DNA of 62,999 nt, filler included, from Octopus bimaculoides (Eukaryota): the NCBI RefSeq assembly GCF_001194135.2. It is 4 parts of 4 records of this genome, joined end to end, with 100 filler letters (N's around TTAATTAATTAA, not from the genome) between each part and the next. Parts side by side here need not be neighbours in the genome. Positions count along the whole stretch, not along the records: positions 1 to 28,152 come from NC_068996.1; 3 more parts are not named here. One strand, given 5' to 3'. Within the stretch, counting starts at the first letter, position 1, and each line of letters starts with the position of its first letter. The position numbers and the translations under genes are program-made. Of the stretch, positions 12,037 through 24,940 are shown piece after piece. The notes beneath the pieces were generated by a model. It saw only the letters and a program-made list of their open reading frames with translations. It ran no database searches and was not told the DNA's origin.

Positions 12037-13461
12037 CAGAGATGAAAATTAACAGGTCATTTTATTCCCACCAGTCAGTTTGTGAATGGAAGTAAGAAAA
12101 AAATTCCATCATTGATACAAAGGTTGATGGAAGATTCCCGAAATTTTTTTTTTTAGCATATTTTCCGAAAGTTTATACTGAAATCATTTTGAAGAAATTG
12201 TTGAAAAAATATGCTTGAACTGAAATCTCTTTGTGCTTGATTCAAAGGCATAACTACAGATTTCTGCCCCACCTTTGGATGATCATAACTTTCAGAAAAA
12301 TGGATATTTTTTTATGAAATTGTCTACAAGTATGTATTATATCATGTAGATTCCAAATATGCAAAATTTGGGTGGGGGGTGCATTAGTAGGGGTGGGGGA
12401 ATTTCAGAAAATTCACCAGAAATCTATCCATACTTGTAAGGCTGTAAGTAGAATTGTATATATAAAAGCAAACCTAATAGTGGCAGGACAAAATGATCTT
12501 TAAAGTGTAGCGAGTTTAATGATGTAAAATTTAGCTTTTTTATTAATGTTTTTTTTTTTTTTAGTAATAGGTATTTGATTATATTTAAACAATATGCATA
12601 TAATAATAAAACAGATTTTCGGATTTGAATTTAAAATGTCATTTATTTGTTTATTGTTCTAATTTAGAAATTTGTAAGGAATTAATATTTATGCATATTT
12701 ACATATCTTATAATTTAGTATCCCTATTTCTTTTTTTTTTTTTTTCTACATATGCAATTCAACTCTCTTTCGAATTTTTTAATCTTAATATTTGACCAAA
12801 TATTAATAGACGTCATACAAGAAAAATGGGCACTATCATGCTTATTAGCTGTCAGAAGTGAAAGTGCTCACTGCTAGTGAAGTATCTGTCTGTCTGCCTG
12901 TTGATTCTTTGGCTACTGACAGCTAATACCATGACTGGCCGGAGCGAGCTATATGTCTGTCTGTCTCTCTCTCTATCTATCTATCTATTACTCGAAAGTT
13001 GAAAATNNNNNNNNNNNNNNNNNNNNNNNNNNNNNNNNNNNNNNNNNNNNNNNNNNNNNNNNNNNNNNNNNNNNNNNNNNNNNNNNNNNNNNNNNNNNNN
13101 NNNNNNNNNNNNNNNNNNNNNNNNNNNNNNNNNNNNNNNNNNNNNNNNNNNNNNNNNNNNNNNNNNNNNNNNNNNNNNNNNNNNNNNNNNNNNNNNNNNN
13201 NNNNNNNNNNNNNNNNNNNNNNNNNNNNNNNNNNNNNNNNNNNNNNNNNNNNNNNNNNNNNNNNNNNNNNNNNNNNNNNNNNNNNNNNNNNNNNNNNNNN
13301 NNNNNNNNNNNNNNNNNNNNNNNNNNNNNNNNNNNNNNNNNNNNNNNNNNNNNNNNNNNNNNNNNNNNNNNNNNNNNNNNNNNNNNNNNNNNNNNNNNNN
13401 NNNNNNNNNNNNNNNNNNNNNNNNNNNNNNNNNNNNNNNNNNNNNNNNNNNNNNNNNNNNN

Positions 13462-13622
13462 TCTCTAAATGCCAAATCAGTAGTCAGCTTTGCCTGCTGA
13501 TTATCATCAACATGGTCAACATGTCTTTGTTTACATCAATTCGGCAATTTCCGTAAAGAAAGTGGGAAAGGGCGTTAGTCAGCAGGTAGCAGACAGCAAT
13601 CACTCGCTACTCGCTTTCGCAT

Positions 13623-13655
<33 letters not shown>

Positions 13656-13910
13656 TTCTCTCTCTCTCTGTCTCTCTCTCTCTCTCTGTCTCTCTCTCTC
13701 TCTCTCTTTCTCTGTCTTAAAAACACATGTCACTTATCACTCGCTTTCTCTCTCTCTCTCTTCAAAACACGTCACTTATCACTCGCTTTCTCTCTCTCTC
13801 TCTTAAAAACACATGTCACTTATCACTAACCCTAATCCTCTCTCTCTCTAGAGAGAGAGGGAAAGCGAGTGATAAGTGACATGTGTTTTTAAGACAGAGA
13901 CAGACACAGA

Positions 13911-13942
<32 letters not shown>

Positions 13943-14123
13943 ATGCGAAAGCGAGTAGCGAGTGATTGCTGTCTGCTACCTGCTGACTAACGCCCTTTCC
14001 CTCTTTCTTTACGGAAATTGCCGAATTGATGTAAACAAAGACATGTTGACCATGTGGATGATAATCAGCAGGCAAAGCTGACTACTGATTTGGCATTTAG
14101 AGAACTTGTACCGAATGATCGCC
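13462..14123. mobile_element. Foldback MITE with near-continuous inverted arms; left terminus hidden in the gap
   Basis: 13462-13735 is the reverse complement of about 13850-14103. The right end ...GTACCGAATGATCGCC resembles the end of the 14489-14613 element. Confidence 0.75.
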
Positions 14124-14488
14124 AAAGATTACTGTCGATTTTAGCGTTTATGTAACTTCTTGCGGAACCTATGGACTATACTGGCGGAACCCTGGTTGAA
14201 AACCACTAAGCTAAGGAATACAATACGAATTCTGCTGAATCAGATTTTAGAGAATTTTTAATGTCATCAACAATATCTTTAATACGATCAGAAACAGTTG
14301 TTTTTGATAAGCTAATATTTCCAAACAAATTTTTTCTGATCATATATTCTCAATAGCCGTAAGGATACATTATTTCACGAATTCACCATCGCTATGTGAT
14401 TTGAGATTTTAGCAATATTTTCGTATATTGCATAACTAGCTCGAGTAACTGGTTAACTTTCAAGAATTGGCCTTTTAAAAAAAGATTG

Positions 14489-14613
14489 GGCGATCTTACG
14501 GTATGAGTCCTAAATATCGGCCTTTTCCGTAAAAGGCCGATCTTTGGTAAAGATCGCCGAAGACACTTTTTACGGAAAAGGCCGATATTTAGGACTCGTA
14601 CCGTAAGATCGCC
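14489..14613. mobile_element. 125-bp MITE with GG termini and an 8-bp TSD (Merlin-like)
   Basis: 46-bp arms 14489-14534 and 14568-14613 (1 mismatch), flanked by AAAGATTG and AAAGCTTG. Confidence 0.75.
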
Positions 14614-15928
14614 AAAGCTTGTCTTTTGGTCAGATTTTCTTTCAAGGAGGCTATCTTGTCAAAACTTTCGGATTCTTTCAAATTTCCATAAGTCTTATGC
14701 TTCTTCACAAAATGCCTCTCTCTATATATATTTTATGAACGGCTACTTGTTCGTTGCAAATAAGACAAATACACTTGTTATCTATTTCAATAAAAAAATA
14801 AATAAAGCTCAGTCCATTTTTCATCAAACAAAGCACGTTCACCAGCACTTTTTATAGGATTTTTATAACCGCTTGCCATATTGATAAAGGTATTAAAAAA
14901 TTGATTTAACAAAGTTATAAACCGGTTAAATTTATATAATCACCTTCGGAATTTTTGTTATTACCGCTGCTGGGAAAACAAAAGCCAACAAGCTCGCAGT
15001 CGTAATACATGAATTTAGTGTTGTAAAAATAGTAATAAATAAAAATCAGCGAAAGAATTAAGATATTGTTTTGTTCTGCAACTTGATTTTTCTCTCTCTC
15101 CCTTCTCCACACAAGTATTGACAAGCGAGTGAATAGGGAAGGGTGATAAACTGATAAGCCGATGGTAGATGAATGAAACTCCTGTTGACCTTCTTGACAC
15201 CGACTAATAGCAAAAGTGGGACAGCCCTTTCGAAAAACGTTATTTTTCACTGCTTTTTAAGAAAAAAAAAGTTTGTAATATTTTTGGCTGTTTTGTTATA
15301 CCTCGCAAAGTTGTCATCTGGATCGGCTCTGTTCGGTCATTTCCATAAAAAAAAAGAATTATTCATTTACTTTTGTTTTACAGTGAAAGAGAGGAGAAAG
15401 CGAAAGATGTATGAATGTATGTGAGAGAGAGAGAGAGAGAAGGAGAGATTGAGTGCCACTTATACAGGAAAACACACACGTTCACTCTCTCTATCGCTCT
15501 CAAACACGCACATGTACATACAAAAAAGATGTATGCATATGTATTGACGTATCTACGTATACATGACAACACATCCTGTCACTCACTCTTCCCCTCTCCC
15601 TCCCCCTCGCACACACGTCCATTTCATATACAATTACATACATCTTTCACTTTCTCCCCTCTCACTTTAAAACAAATGTAAATAAATAAAAACACTGGCA
15701 TAACTACAGAGTTGTGGATGACAGTTCTGCAAGTCAAAACGAAAGATCGCCATATTGTTTTATAGTGCTGTTCACAAAGCACCAAATTAGTAGTTTCTGT
15801 TTCGATATTCTGGATATGAATAATTTTTATACTGTATCTTCTAACAACCCTTCAGCTTTCGTTTCATATAAAACAATTATTTCTATACATGCAATATATT
15901 TTTAGTTTTCTCAGCTATTGGGTCTTAA

Positions 15929-16138
15929 GGGGCTGATACAAACCTAGTAATATGTGTTTTATAGTGAAGACAAAATTTCCATACAAATGGCAATTACTGG
16001 AGGATTTCCGTTCGAGTCTGACCGTTTTAAGTCGTAGTGGAAACCCGACCTATGTCGCAAATAGGTATACGAGTATTGTATAGATTTTATAATTGAAAAA
16101 TTTACTTTATTTTGTACATAGGAGTGTATCAGCCTTCC
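15929..16138. mobile_element. Short MITE candidate
   Basis: GGGGGCTGATACA / TGTATCAGCCTTCC termini, with TTAA on the left flank and TAAG on the right. Confidence 0.4.
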
Positions 16139-16683
16139 TAAGGCGGAAGTAACAATAGATGAAAATATATTTTGTATTGAGTACGAAAATGTGGCATTAT
16201 TGTCAAATGACGTAGATAGATGGATACTGTCTTTACATAATATAAAACAACGCGTCTTAATTGTTGGACAGCAGTAAATATCGGATTAGACGGCGAGCAA
16301 TAACAAAGTTTGAATAAAAGCCTTATTTGAACTAGTTTATGATATTTAGTTTTGATACCAAGTAACAAATTATTTTCGTACTGAAAGTTTACCCAGTTAC
16401 AGTTGTATTGAACTATTTTGAGCCACAAAATACGCATGCGCACGTCTAACAAACAGCCACAGAAAAAATAAACATTATTGCAGAGATGTACAGAGAGATT
16501 TTGTATCGAAATAAGTTATCTTTTGCATACCTTGCTTTTAGTCTATTGCCTTAATCCCAGCAAAGTACTCCAAGTTTAGTCATTGGCCATATTCGTCTCA
16601 GTACGATTCCACACACACTTGGTTAACATGAAGTTTAGAATCATAAAATAGTGAAAGTAAAGTGTTTTAACAAAACGAAAGTC

Positions 16684-17257
16684 GGATCTTTTTTAAAACG
16701 GAGGCCACATTTTTCATTAACGAAACACTTCGAAACTTGGAACACTGGTAGAATGTGTCATATAAAACATCTTTTTCTCTTAGTCTTCTTAACAAAAAAA
16801 GAAATCCATAAGTTATTCCATGTGAAAGTTGTCAAATTTCTGTAATTTCAACCAATCACTGACGTCCATTCAGCCGATATACATTAAGTGCCGACTACAT
16901 AAACAAACGATTCTGAAACAATTAACCCTAACCCTAACCCTAGGGTTAGGGTTAGGGTTAGGGTGAAAGCAAATTTAAAATGAAAAAAGCAAATAAAACG
17001 AAGGTATGGAGATTAAATACGCTTTACATCGCTTAATCAGCCAAAGGAGTAAATGTAAACAACTGAATACTTGTCAGTGATTGGTTGAAATTATCGAAAT
17101 AAGACAATTTTTTACATGAAATAAATTCGAATACAAAAATATTTTTCTGTTCTATAACACAAAATAGATAAGTATACGAAGTTTGAAAGTCTTTCCGTAC
17201 CAAAAACACTACGTAAAACATTAATGAAAAATGTGGCCCCCGTTTTAAAATAGATCC
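16684..17257. mobile_element. 574-bp foldback MITE with GG termini, a perfect 8-bp TSD and a telomeric-repeat core (Merlin-like)
   Basis: 37-bp TIRs (35/37 identical). CGAAAGTC at 16676-16683 and 17258-17265. Inner inverted match AATTTCAACCAATCACTGAC / GTCAGTGATTGGTTGAAATT. Confidence 0.8.
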
Positions 17258-17449
17258 CGAAAGTCTTTGCAATACAAACCGGAAATTACAACAGACACGG
17301 CGTAATTTCAGATAAACACTTTGTGGTGTCGTCGTTGTAGGCTGCCCGTTGTACGTCAATGTTGACTGTTCTATTCAGAAACCATCTCTGACAAGTTCAC
17401 ATGTAGGCTACAAGGCCTGCTCTTGATCTGCTGTAGACAAAGTTATTTT

Positions 17450-18330
17450 ACACTCTTTCGTATTCTTTGTTGTTCAATAGCTTGAATTAAGAGCCTCAGC
17501 AGTTGGTGCCATTCATCGTGTTGCAGTGCCTTCTCTCAGGTGTCTGCGGAGATGCCGGAGTTCTTCATATGTCTCTTTATCACATCCCTGTATCGCAACC
17601 TTTGACCACCATGGCCCTTCCTGACCTGACGCAATTTAACGTAGAAAATTGCTTTTGGGAGCCAGCTGCCCGCCATCTTGCATACATGTCCCTCACAGCA
17701 TAGCTGCAATGAGGCAATGATAGCCTCCACACTAACTGCGCCAGTGCGGTGCACAACTTCTATATCAGGAATGTGATCCTACCACCATCAGATATGCAAG
17801 ATGGAGCACAGATGACGTTGGATTCACGTCAGCAATACAGGATCGTGCACTCTGTGATGTAGAGGAGGCAAAGCAGCACTGTGGCACTCTACACCGTTAT
17901 CTTCATATTGTGGGTAATATCTCGGAAGTTCTGCAGACACTTCTCAGGAAAGCCAAGAGCCTTTACACCCATGTCTTCGCCTCTCAAAGTCACTGTGCTG
18001 CCAAGATAAGTAAAGGCTTCCATGTACTGCCACTAGCTCAGGTTCACTCGATCAACAAAGATGTCTTGATGACGGCAGGTAGAGCAGTTCAGTCTTCAAA
18101 ATGTTGCTCTTGAGACGAAATATGTCTGGTGCACAAGAAAACAGATCCACAATGTGTTGCATGTCCTCAAAGCTATTCGTCACAAACGCTGAGTTGTCTA
18201 TGTTGAGCAACTTCCTGACATACTTCCTTGATTTTGGTGTTCTTGAAACAATGAAAGTGTTTTGCAATAGAAACTGGAAGTAACGACAGTGATTACCAAT
18301 TTTTTATGAATCGCATTTGATGTCCAATAG
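17450..18330 (-). mobile_element. RTE-BovB-like LINE, degraded ORF2 C-terminal fragment (family 3)
   Basis: FTYLGS motif and SVEAIIASLQL..EGHVCKM..SWLPKAIFY..L...RKGHGGQRLRYRDVIK, the BovB-type C-terminus. Confidence 0.75.
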
Positions 18331-19200
18331 TATGCTTCTTTTGTGAATCTCTGCTACTTCTATACTTATGAAGTTGTCAACCATTCACTCAATTTTGTAG
18401 ATCCAAATGATGACAGCATCCATTAACATCATATCTTTTTAGGATCATGTGTGGAGAGACAAATTTAGAGATCGTGAAAAGCTATTCATGCATCTCATTT
18501 TCTGCATCACTAGAAAACTTGATATGCTTGAAATAACAGCTAAATACCAGGAAAATATGTTTTTCCTCAGATCACTTTCATTTTACAACTCTGTCATAAG
18601 ATTCATGAGAGAGAAATGTCATATTCACTCACTAAAATCCTCAAAACAACTTGATACGTTTGAAATAAATATGATTGTTTTCATCTTATATAAAACACAT
18701 ATGGTGTTCATGTTATATTAAACATAGGTACATTTATGTATTGGATACATTGGTATGGCACCCACATTAGTGGCAGACCATAAAAGAGGAAATAATTTGT
18801 GGCTTGGTATCAAAACTGGAATAAATGTTGTAAGTTAAGATTTTAGGGGAAGAAAAAAGTTTAGAAATCACATGCATGCGCAGCATCATAGCTCAACTCT
18901 GGTTGGAATTAACTTTTTTACTCTGCGCATGTAAGCGAAAGCAGGGTATCAGCTGAACAGATTTTCACCATATTTGGCAGAAATACTCATTGGGTGAATG
19001 GCTCGAAATGAACATTTGGTTTGATTATCATTAGAAAAACAAATGTTTTTTTTTTTTAAATCGAACTTACAAATTTCCCAATAAGCAAGTAGTCTTTTTT
19101 TTTTTTCATTTATTTTGTAATTTACAATGAGCAGATTAAAAAACCTGAGCTTAGATAAAAAATAAATAAATAAACAAAATCAATCAACATTTGAGGATTG

Positions 19201-20580
19201 GGATCTGTTCAGTTTGGCTCACAAATTTTTTTTTTTTTAACTAAACAGTTTGAAACTTCATATACTGGTGTAATTTCTCCTGCAGAACACAGTTTACTTT
19301 GAACATTTTTGACAAAATTTCGTATCCTAGAAGTTATTTCGTGTTAAAGTTGTCGCATTTGGGTAATTTTAACCAATTGACAATGTGCATTCAGTTGAAG
19401 GAAGCTACTGCTGTTTGCAATAGTAATCAAAGAGGAACAACTTCCAGGTCATCTCTACTAAAATGTCACCACTCCGTTCTATTTTATTTTTTGTTTACTG
19501 CCTGTGTTGCATATTACATGTTTTTGGGGTGGGTGGGGGGTTCTCGCGTTGGAGTAATCAGTAAACCTCAAAGAATCAATACCAAGAAGGAAGAAATATT
19601 ATTTACATATATTTATTTGTTTGCCTGACATGTAGTTAGAGATACAGCAGTACCCTATTTTCCAGTCTATAAAACGCATTGGTATTTAAGCCGCAGGGCT
19701 GAATTTGGGGAAAAATTTGGTTTTTATCCACACATAAAGCACACCGATGTTCAAAAGACCTAGAGATCTACAAGTCTGCACCTAGCTTTTTTGTTGTTGA
19801 CATGTTTGTAGTTTCAAAATGCCTTATTTTACAAATACGAGATGTATGGTTGTTGTTATGATTTTTATCAGCAACAAAAACATTTCTTCAATATAAAAGT
19901 TTTTATTAGATTAAAAATAACTTTATCAAAGCATGAAGATAAAACAAATATGATTTTTCTTCCAGGCACCAATCTACTGTAGCCATAGTCTTTCACGTTG
20001 TTCACCAACCAAGCTTTCCTCTGAAAAAAATCAGTGGAATCAGTCAATCTCCATACACAAATTATTTTCCTCCTGAAACTTGTAAAAAAGTACACACAAG
20101 TTTGCTCTCTGGTTGGTAGTTGATGGTGTAGAAGTGGCTGTCTGCCAGTGGAGAGGGAAAGAGTAAGGAATGCACAATGCTGACTAGAAAGGATAAAGGT
20201 GGCATCGTCTTTCTTGCAGTGGAAAGCTTCTCTTTTGTGTCAGCTATGACCAAGGAGCAACACTTTCCCTTCACCCTTTGTCTGACATACGAATAGAACA
20301 GAGTGGTGACATTTAGTAGAGATAACCTGGAAATTGTTCCTCTTCGATTACTATTGCAAAGAGCAGTAGCTTTCTTTAACAGAATACATGTCATTGATTG
20401 GTTAAAATTACCCCAATACATCGTCTTCAACATGAAATAACTTCTAAAATATGAAATTTTGTCAAAAATGTTCAAAGTAAACTATGTTCAGCAGGAGAAA
20501 TTACACCAGTATACAAAGTTTCAAACTGTTTAGTAAAAAAAAATTAATTAAAAAATCTATGAGTGAAACTGAACAGATCC
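19201..20580. mobile_element. Non-autonomous DNA element with about 290-bp TIRs
   Basis: 19201-19491 is the reverse complement of about 20292-20580. Termini are GGATCTGTTCAG and CTGAACAGATCC. No TSD was found. Confidence 0.75.
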
Positions 20581-20669
20581 ATAACTTCTGTTACATTAGA
20601 AAATAATGAAATAATTAACTGATTAACATTTATCAAAGTTAACTTTTCGATTTACGGTGCCCACCTTTG

Positions 20670-20707
<38 letters not shown>

Positions 20708-20849
20708 CATATACATACATTATGTAAGTGTAATTATACACTAAATATGTAGCTAACAGTACTGCAAATTAAAGTCATATTCACATTATCGACATTATTG
20801 TTATTTCTGGATGGTGAACATTTGTGGGCTCCTTTTGTGAAGTATGTTT

Positions 20850-21480
20850 TCTGCAACTTGTGTCTTTGACAAAGCTGCAGTCTTGGATGAAGGAACAACT
20901 GAGACTGGACACCTGACTCCAAGAAAGTCATCAGGTACTCGCAACCCCTCTACTACTCAGGCAATGAGATTAGTGGTGGGGAAGTGCAATAACATTCTCA
21001 GGGAGACTCTAGGCATTGACAAAAATGAATTGGAAAATTTGTTCCAGAGGACTTTCTGGTTAAGGACTACCATGGATAATTTCCAGATGTCCTTGACCTC
21101 ACAGTGTTATCAATGGGCACTACCTTTTCAAGACAAACTCTACAGGCACAGATGTGCTGTCAGACAATGTGTGCACAGAGCAGCAAAACCATTCTACGTG
21201 CACCTGAACAGCTGCTGTCGTGTGTGATATGAATCTGTCTATCAGCCGAGTCCATAGTGATGCTTGCCCTGCTGCCCTCCTTTAATTGGGCAGGTAAGGC
21301 AGCAGTTTTCCTTTGCTTGATGGCTTTGATAAAAGAGCTTGGCTGGTGGATGAGGTTGAAAGGCATGAGGACACAGACTTCCCTCTTGGCCTTTTTCAAG
21401 TTTCACTTGAAAAGGAAAACGAGGATAAAGGGGGAGGTGCTGTCCTTGAGTGAATTTAATGAAAGTGAGACTATATTTCC
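20850..21480 (+). mobile_element. L1/Tx1-like LINE, degraded 3' fragment
   Basis: Frameshifted YQWALPFQDKLYRH, a degenerate CCHC knuckle, and AVFLCLMALIKELGWWMRLKG...FFKFHLKRK, resembling Tx1-clade ORF2 ends. Confidence 0.45.
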
Positions 21481-21904
21481 ATAGGGAAATATAATTTGTC
21501 TTGGAAACAGGTAAGAATTGGTGATAGGAAAAGTATCTGGCCAGAGGAAATCTACCTTAAATAAACTCCACCCAAGCTATGTAGGCATTGATGATGATGA
21601 CAGTGATGTTGTCACAAATTGTGAATGATGATAATGTTGTTGGTTACAAGTTTCCAATTGTCTCCAACTTCTGGTTCACTTCATTTCTATGCCAAGAGTG
21701 ATAAGGAAGTACATCTCAAGAGTATGGACCATAAAGCACCATATTTTCAAGTGGTGGTGGGCATCTCATTGACATTTATATCACTCTAGAATCAGTCAAG
21801 TACAGATAAAGTTTGTGTATGTTTATGTTTTTTTTTTCAGACCCCTTTCATCATTGTTAGTGTCAAGAATTAAGTGCAGCATTTAAAATTCAAGTAGCTG
21901 TTTT

Positions 21905-22540
21905 CAAGATTCCATTTAAAGCCTGGTGTGTAGTCACATAATTTGTGAGGAGAGATTGCATGTGTATGTACATCTATGCTAAATGACAGTGGAACGTGGG
22001 CTTTGACTACAGAGGACTTGTGTGGACTTGAAAGAAATGAAGCTTGTATGCTCCACTGGATGGGTAATGTCAGTGTGCACACACACACAACAGAGTGTAA
22101 ATGATTTAAGAGGTATAAGAGACATCAGATGATGTGTGCAAGAGGGAAGACTGTGCTGGTTTGGTCATGTGATGCCAAGCTCTAATTGTGGAGAGTACCG
22201 AGGAAGACCCAGGGGTAGACCCAGGAAGACATGGGATGAAGTGGTGAGAAAGGACCTTTGGATGCTGGGCCTCACTGACAAAATGACAAGGGACCAGTAA
22301 AATCACTGTCATCCATACATAAAGCCTTGTCCTTTACAGGGGCCAGTGCAACATAAAATGCACTCATGCAGGTGCTGTATAAATGCATCGATGCCAGTGG
22401 TTGGTGTTGGGAAGGGCATCCAACCATAGAAATCATGCTAAAACTGACAATTGGAGCCTGGACTGTTCCCCAGCTAGCCAGTTCCATGTCAAACCATCCA
22501 ACCCATACCAGCATGGAAAATGGGCATTAAATGATGATGA
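21905..22540 (+). mobile_element. RTE family 1, degraded 3' copy
   Basis: GRPRKTWDEVVRKDLWMLGL-like frame, followed by the family 3' UTR and a GAT tail. Confidence 0.8.
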
Positions 22541-23379
22541 GAATTTAAGACTTGAAATGACTATATGAAGAATAGGAGAGCAAGTGATAACCTACCGTCC
22601 CCATCCCTTATATTTTGTGGTTATTATATGCCAGACATTGGTAATTTCTTGTGTAAACACAATCATCATTTCAGGTTTTTTGGTTTTTTTTGTAGAAGCT
22701 ATGGTAGTTGCAGTGATGGAATCTTTACAAGTTATTTCTTAATTTAAATGAGCCATCTACAACTAGCCAGAAACAACTATTTTCACTAATTCACTATCTA
22801 AATCAGAAGTTCATCACTATTTCTTACTTAATGACCCTTTCATTTTTATTTTACCCTACTGGACCTTTCATAGCCATTTGATGTTTACAAAAAAATATCC
22901 CACTTTTTTTTTTTTTTTTTTTTTTTTGTTAGGGATTGTATATAAAAAGAAATAAAATATTTTGTATACTGTAAAAGTATAACTGATTTATTGTACATAA
23001 ATTTTAATAGGATAATCTGTTATGGACCACCCCTAAGGGCCATTTGGACTCTAATTGAGAACCACTGATCTAAATTATACATCATGAAACCTGATAGAAA
23101 TAACAGGAAAGGCATCCCACCATGGAAAATCTTTCTAAACCAATTGATATACAATCATGAATTGTATATCACATACAACCCACCCCCTTTTTTTCTTTTC
23201 TTCCACTTGTTTAAAACAATAATGGTCTTTTGAATATTTCCAGTCTTTCTTAACCATTTTTTTCATTTTCTGAATAAAACACACATTGATATTTGTTTTC
23301 TTTCTCAAACTCAACAGCAAATATCAATTCCTCAAGAAATTTTTTGCATATAATATTATTCTTTGTCTGGATGTAGCAA

Positions 23380-23585
23380 GCTAGCAGAATCATCAACATG
23401 CCAGGTAAAATGCTTAGTGGCATTTTTTCTGGCTCTTTATGTTCTGAGTTCAAATTCTGCCAAGGTTGTCTTTGCCTTTCATCCTTTCAGGATCGATAAA
23501 ATAAGTACCAGTCATGCACTGGAGTTGGTGTAAATGCTCCTCATGCGAAACTACTGCTCTTGTGCCAACATTTGAAATCAATGTC
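23380..23585 (+). mobile_element. SINE family B, degraded, directly upstream of SLC7 exon 4
   Basis: GCTAGCAGAATC...TTCTGAGTTCAAATTCTGCC...GATAAAATAAGTACC. Confidence 0.7.
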
Positions 23586-23629
23586 ATTCAGCATGTCACC
23601 ACTCATTGTTATTTATTTATTTATTTCAG

Positions 23630-23807
23630 GTGCCTGTAGCCTTACCCATAATTTTGTTCTTTGTGAGTTTGATAATTGTGGCATTAACATTTTATGAAAA
23701 ACCACACGAGAGCCTTTTCGCCGCTGGAATCGTTGCTGTTGGTTGCATCATATATTTATTCTGTGTGAGATGGAAGAATAAACCATTGATAATCAGGACT
23801 TCATTAT
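23630..23807 (+). CDS. SLC7/LAT-family transporter, exon 4 of 5 visible (TM11-TM12)
   Basis: tttcag|GTG...TTAT|gtaagt. Encodes VPVALPIILFFVSLIIVALTFYEKPHESLFAAGIVAVGCIIYLFCVRWKNKPLIIRTSL, with the WKNKP motif. Ends in phase 1. Confidence 0.95.
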
Positions 23808-24510
23808 GTAAGTATTTATAAACGGGATGCAACTGGTGAAATATTACACATTACACAAATTCATTCAATATTTCAATTTTAACCCTTTAGTGTTTAAACT
23901 AGACCCCATGTCTGGGGCCCAAATATTCTACCAGCTTCATGTTCAAACAGGCCACATCTGACTTCTCATACCTACCCTGTAATGAATGATTAATTCAAAA
24001 CTATGTCAATACTAATGAGTTTGCAAGGCCTTGTAGTAAAGCATCTGTTAATTTAATTTGCTCCCCCCCCTCTCAACAGTAGCAATAAGCTGCTATGGGA
24101 CTTTACTGTATCTAGATTTTATGGAATGCAATTATTAGTTCATGCATGTATATAGGTGGCCTTTGACTTTTTGTATTCAAAAGGGTTTTTACAAACCAAT
24201 ATTTACATGCTGTTCTTTATAGTTGTATATGATGTGCTTCCAAGAGCCATAATTCTCTCAACAGTTTATAAAATTTGTATGACATTAAGAATATGTACGT
24301 GTACATACACACATGTAGCCGTCTTTCTCTATATATAGTGTATATATATATATATTTTATCGGTGTATGTGCGTGTACATAAGGAGGTGTGATTACTAAG
24401 CATCATTATAAAGTATGAAAGCTATTTCCTTCCAGATCATTGCATGTATTTCCACATCTTTTAAATGTTGAATTTTTATGACATTGCTTTTATTTTTCTA
24501 CTTGTTTCAG

Positions 24511-24587
24511 ATAAAATCACATGTGTTTTGCAGAAGACACTAGATGTAGTTGAGGTTGATGTTGATGAGGAATTGAATTGGGATTAA
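24511..24587 (+). CDS. SLC7/LAT-family transporter, terminal coding exon
   Basis: tttcag|AT completes Tyr, then KITCVLQKTLDVVEVDVDEELNWD-TAA. QKxxxVV matches SLC7 C-termini. Confidence 0.92.
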
Positions 24588-24940
24588 AAATGTGAAAGTA
24601 CTTTCAGAATTGAAAGACCTCAATGCACCAGCTCAGAAAATAAGAAAACACTTTCTAACTGTTATCTTTGGATTCTGTATAGGTTCTATCTCTAGTCATT
24701 CAGTGGTTACCACATATAACTCTATATATATATAAGGTTATGTAGGGTATTAGTTTCGACCAAACCCAAAGATACAGGTAATACCAAGTAAGTGCTGTAT
24801 ACCAACTAGTTTTGCCTCTGTCGTGGTTGCAACATGAGTGGGGAATATAACATGGGTCGTGTATTAGCGTGTGTATGTATAAAGAGAGAAGAGAATAAAG
24901 AGAACAATGGCAAAGTTAGAAATAAATTTTATGGATAAAG

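Noticed and set aside
14140-16640. CpG-richer stretch with a GCATGCGC motif, considered as an internal promoter or nested gene
   Set aside because: No exon-like frame or recognisable protein; the CpG excess is partly explained by MITEs.
16923-16963. Possible telomere fusion scar
   Set aside because: The repeat order is opposite to a head-to-head fusion, and it lies inside a TSD-flanked MITE.
24740-24830. Two further hammerhead-like 3' halves on the - strand (AAAACTAGTT, CGAAACTAAT)
   Set aside because: No intact CTGANGA box or helix II; at most decayed remnants.
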